DNA from: Puccinia triticina
Taxonomy: Eukaryota
Direction of reading: 5' to 3'
NCBI GenBank assembly: GCA_026914245.1
Contig: CP110439.1
Location: 2,356,001-2,420,000 of the forward strand
DNA length: 64,000 nt
Shown: one piece after another, positions 61,670 through 64,000 of the stretch
Layout of the letters: each line of letters starts with the position of its first letter
Numbering within the stretch: the stretch's first letter is position 1
The notes under the pieces: generated by a model
Seen by the model: only the letters and a program-made list of their open reading frames with translations
What the model was told of the DNA's origin: nothing
Database searches by the model: none
Position numbers and translations under genes: made by a program

Positions 61670-62521
61670 AAAAGTAAAATACACATTCTGTGAATGTCAA
61701 GATAGCTTAAAAATTAGAATGGAGGGGTCGTAATTGGAGAGGCAGTGCATTCCATGAGGTGGATCTTGCGCCGGAAGAGGTGGAATTAGAGTACAAAAAA
61801 GATCATTTGCAAAAGTAACAAAGGAAAACAAAGGTAATGAATAGGTCAACATGGCGGACAGAGCCGGCCAAAAGCTACAATGCTGAGCGACAATGGAGAA
61901 CAGAGGCCAGCCAGAAGGCTATAAATAGTCAAGCCACTTTGCAGCTGAGATAATTTTTGAATGATGGCAGATCCAGTGTTGACCAGTGGTCTTCACACGG
62001 TGGTCTTGCTTTTGTGCTGCAACAAATTTTGTCGTTTAAGGTTGAGAGAAGAATGATTTATGCATTTATACATGCATGAAATTCAACTTTGAAGACCATA
62101 ATTCAAAATTGTATAAGATTTTTTTACATAAAATCATAAACTGCAATTTTGCCTGGGAGATGTCACTTAAAGTTTTATGCACACTGACATCTCCCAGCCA
62201 AAATTGGTTTTATGATTTTATGTAAATAGTGAAATATGCAATTAGGGTGTTCAAAGTTGACTTGCATAAAATCATAACACCATAAAATCATAAAATTCTG
62301 AGGTGAAAAAAAAATGTACACCCAAACACTCAAATTAGAGCAACATTTCTAAAATGGTACATATAAAATCATCCTTTGAAAGTTTTATGATTTTATAATT
62401 TTATGTAATGAAAATTTTATGATTTCAACTTTTAACACCTTAAATTTTGAATACCACAATTGACACCTGGTGAACCGGTTGGATCATTGGTTCACGTAGC
62501 CTCTCATGGTTCAGTGACTTA

Positions 62522-62710
62522 CAGTGGGTCATCTAATTTTTTGGTACCACATTTTTCAATGCAGAAGCTCAGCCCACAGACTTCAAGTCATAAGATTGGC
62601 TACCAAGGAGGAAAAGAAGTTCCAAAAAATGATTATGAAATAAAACAAATTAAAAATGAAAAATGTGGCAATTTTCTAATTTCTTCCAAATTTCTCAGAA
62701 TGTTCATTAC
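62522..62710. mobile_element. Truncated, diverged copy of the Tc1-type MITE at 12403
   Basis: TA|CAGTGGGTCATCTAAT...TTCTCAGAATGTTCATTACT aligns across the host MITE's empty insertion site. Confidence 0.8.
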
Positions 62711-63099
62711 TCAGCCAAGGGTGGGCAGTTATCCAGATGAAAATCTGACTGTAAAAAGATGCAGAGATGTGCAATGGAGTTTTTATTGTATCTTTGTGTT
62801 GCTTGATAGTCCTCCTAACTATATTCATTGTATTTACATATTTGCTCACTGAGAGCATCCACCCTTGTCTCTGTAAACCCGCTCGGTAAGGCAGATTTAC
62901 AGAGTATGTAAGTGATTTTACACCCCCGTGCCCTCTTTAGGGCTCTTTAGCTAAATGGTTGTTTGGTAAATCTTTAAGGCTTGCTAGATTTACCCACCGC
63001 TAAAGAGCCTCCGTAAGGAAGATTTTGCAGAGCCTACATAATCCTACATAGCTTCACCCCCCCCCCCCCCCCTCTCCGGGCCTCCACCAACAAAAAAAA

Positions 63100-63710
63100 C
63101 TTGGATGACCCATCATCAATAGACCAGGATGTACATAACAACTATCAACAGGAGGACCGGGCATCAATAGGATGCCAGGGCGTCAATACAATGACCGGTC
63201 ATAGATAGACCACTCATAACATAACGGTCATTGATAAAACAACCGGTCATCAATATACTGGTGATTCATTGATACAATGACTCAGACCAACTGGTAATTG
63301 ATAGGCCGGCTATCAATAGGATGCCCGGTCATTGATAGACCGGGCATCAATACAATGACCAGTCATAACAAAACTAGGATGACCAGTCATCAATGTGACC
63401 GGTGATTGATAGGATTGTTGAATTATGCTTATATTCATTATACAGTATGCTTCAAACATAACACTAGCAATCTTGTATATAGTCTATACTAGATTGCCGT
63501 AGGCGTTTCTCTCCTCAGTGAATCAGAATCATCTCTTTCCTCACTCCTGAGTGTCACTAGACTTCACGTCTGTGAACTTCAGTGTTCATCTCCTGTCACC
63601 CTCAACAAGGATGACCGGGAATCCAATTGGATGACCATCATGTTGTTCAATACAGGATGACCGGTCATTGATGTGACCGATACAATGACCGGTCATTGAT
63701 TTGACCAACA
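63100..63710. repeat. Degenerate GATGACCGGTCAT(C/T)(A/G)AT repeats, a probable old relative of the foldback arrays
   Basis: Recurrent ATGACCGGTCATTGAT and GGGCATCAATA motifs with CpG decay. Confidence 0.55.
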
Positions 63711-64000
63711 CCACAGATGTTTGCTCAGAACTTGCGTGCAAGTGCCTTCACCCCTCTCTTTAGGAACCCTTTAAGATCTCTGGCAGAACTTGACACCAAT
63801 TTATGTGTAATTTTGGATTGAATTTATGCTCAAGTGTGTCTGAATTGATGCTGAATCTTGTATGAATTCATGTTGGACATGGTTTCATATTGTCAGGGTT
63901 CGTCTCTTATTTGACGTAACTCGGTTTTAGCTCGCGGGCCGCGGCGGAGAAGTAGCGGCAAGCGGAGAATGGTCACACTATAGCTGGAAAGCCAGTGGAA

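Noticed and set aside
63891..64000. Start of another LTR (TGTCAGGG...)
   Set aside because: There is an abrupt shift to CpG-rich sequence after TGTCA, but it is truncated by the window edge, so no second end or TSD can be checked.

Overview
Eukaryotic fungal DNA, most likely from a rust fungus (Pucciniales); this is inferred from intron-rich genes, the TE families present and CpG/TpCpG hypermutation of repeats. About 75-80% of the window is transposon-derived. The first ~37 kb is a resolvable nest of elements: a decayed Tad1-like LINE; a hAT remnant split by a solo LTR that is itself split by a full-length Copia; a CACT-terminated TIR element filled with a 28/32-bp hairpin array; and a ~0.7-kb Tc1-type foldback MITE expanded to 19.5 kb by a Mutator-like foldback element, a solo LTR and two nested full-length Gypsy elements. 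It also holds a mini-hAT and a Helitron remnant. A gene island at 38.6-51.9 kb carries SEC7, an AIG2/GGCT-like gene, an ELP2-like relic, APC10 and LTO1. The last 8 kb holds two tail-to-tail Helitron remnants and a 1.6-kb foldback element. The most novel-looking system is the young Gypsy-B element (16409-26053). It has Gag-PR with a -1 frameshift into RT-RH-IN, a central copy of its PPT, and a divergent two-gene cassette between pol and the 3' LTR (a single-RRM protein and an antisense Arg-rich protein). All four LTR insertions starting TGTGGT have 4-bp target duplications consistent with an NCG(T) target. Coordinates and mismatch counts were read by eye; no searches were run.
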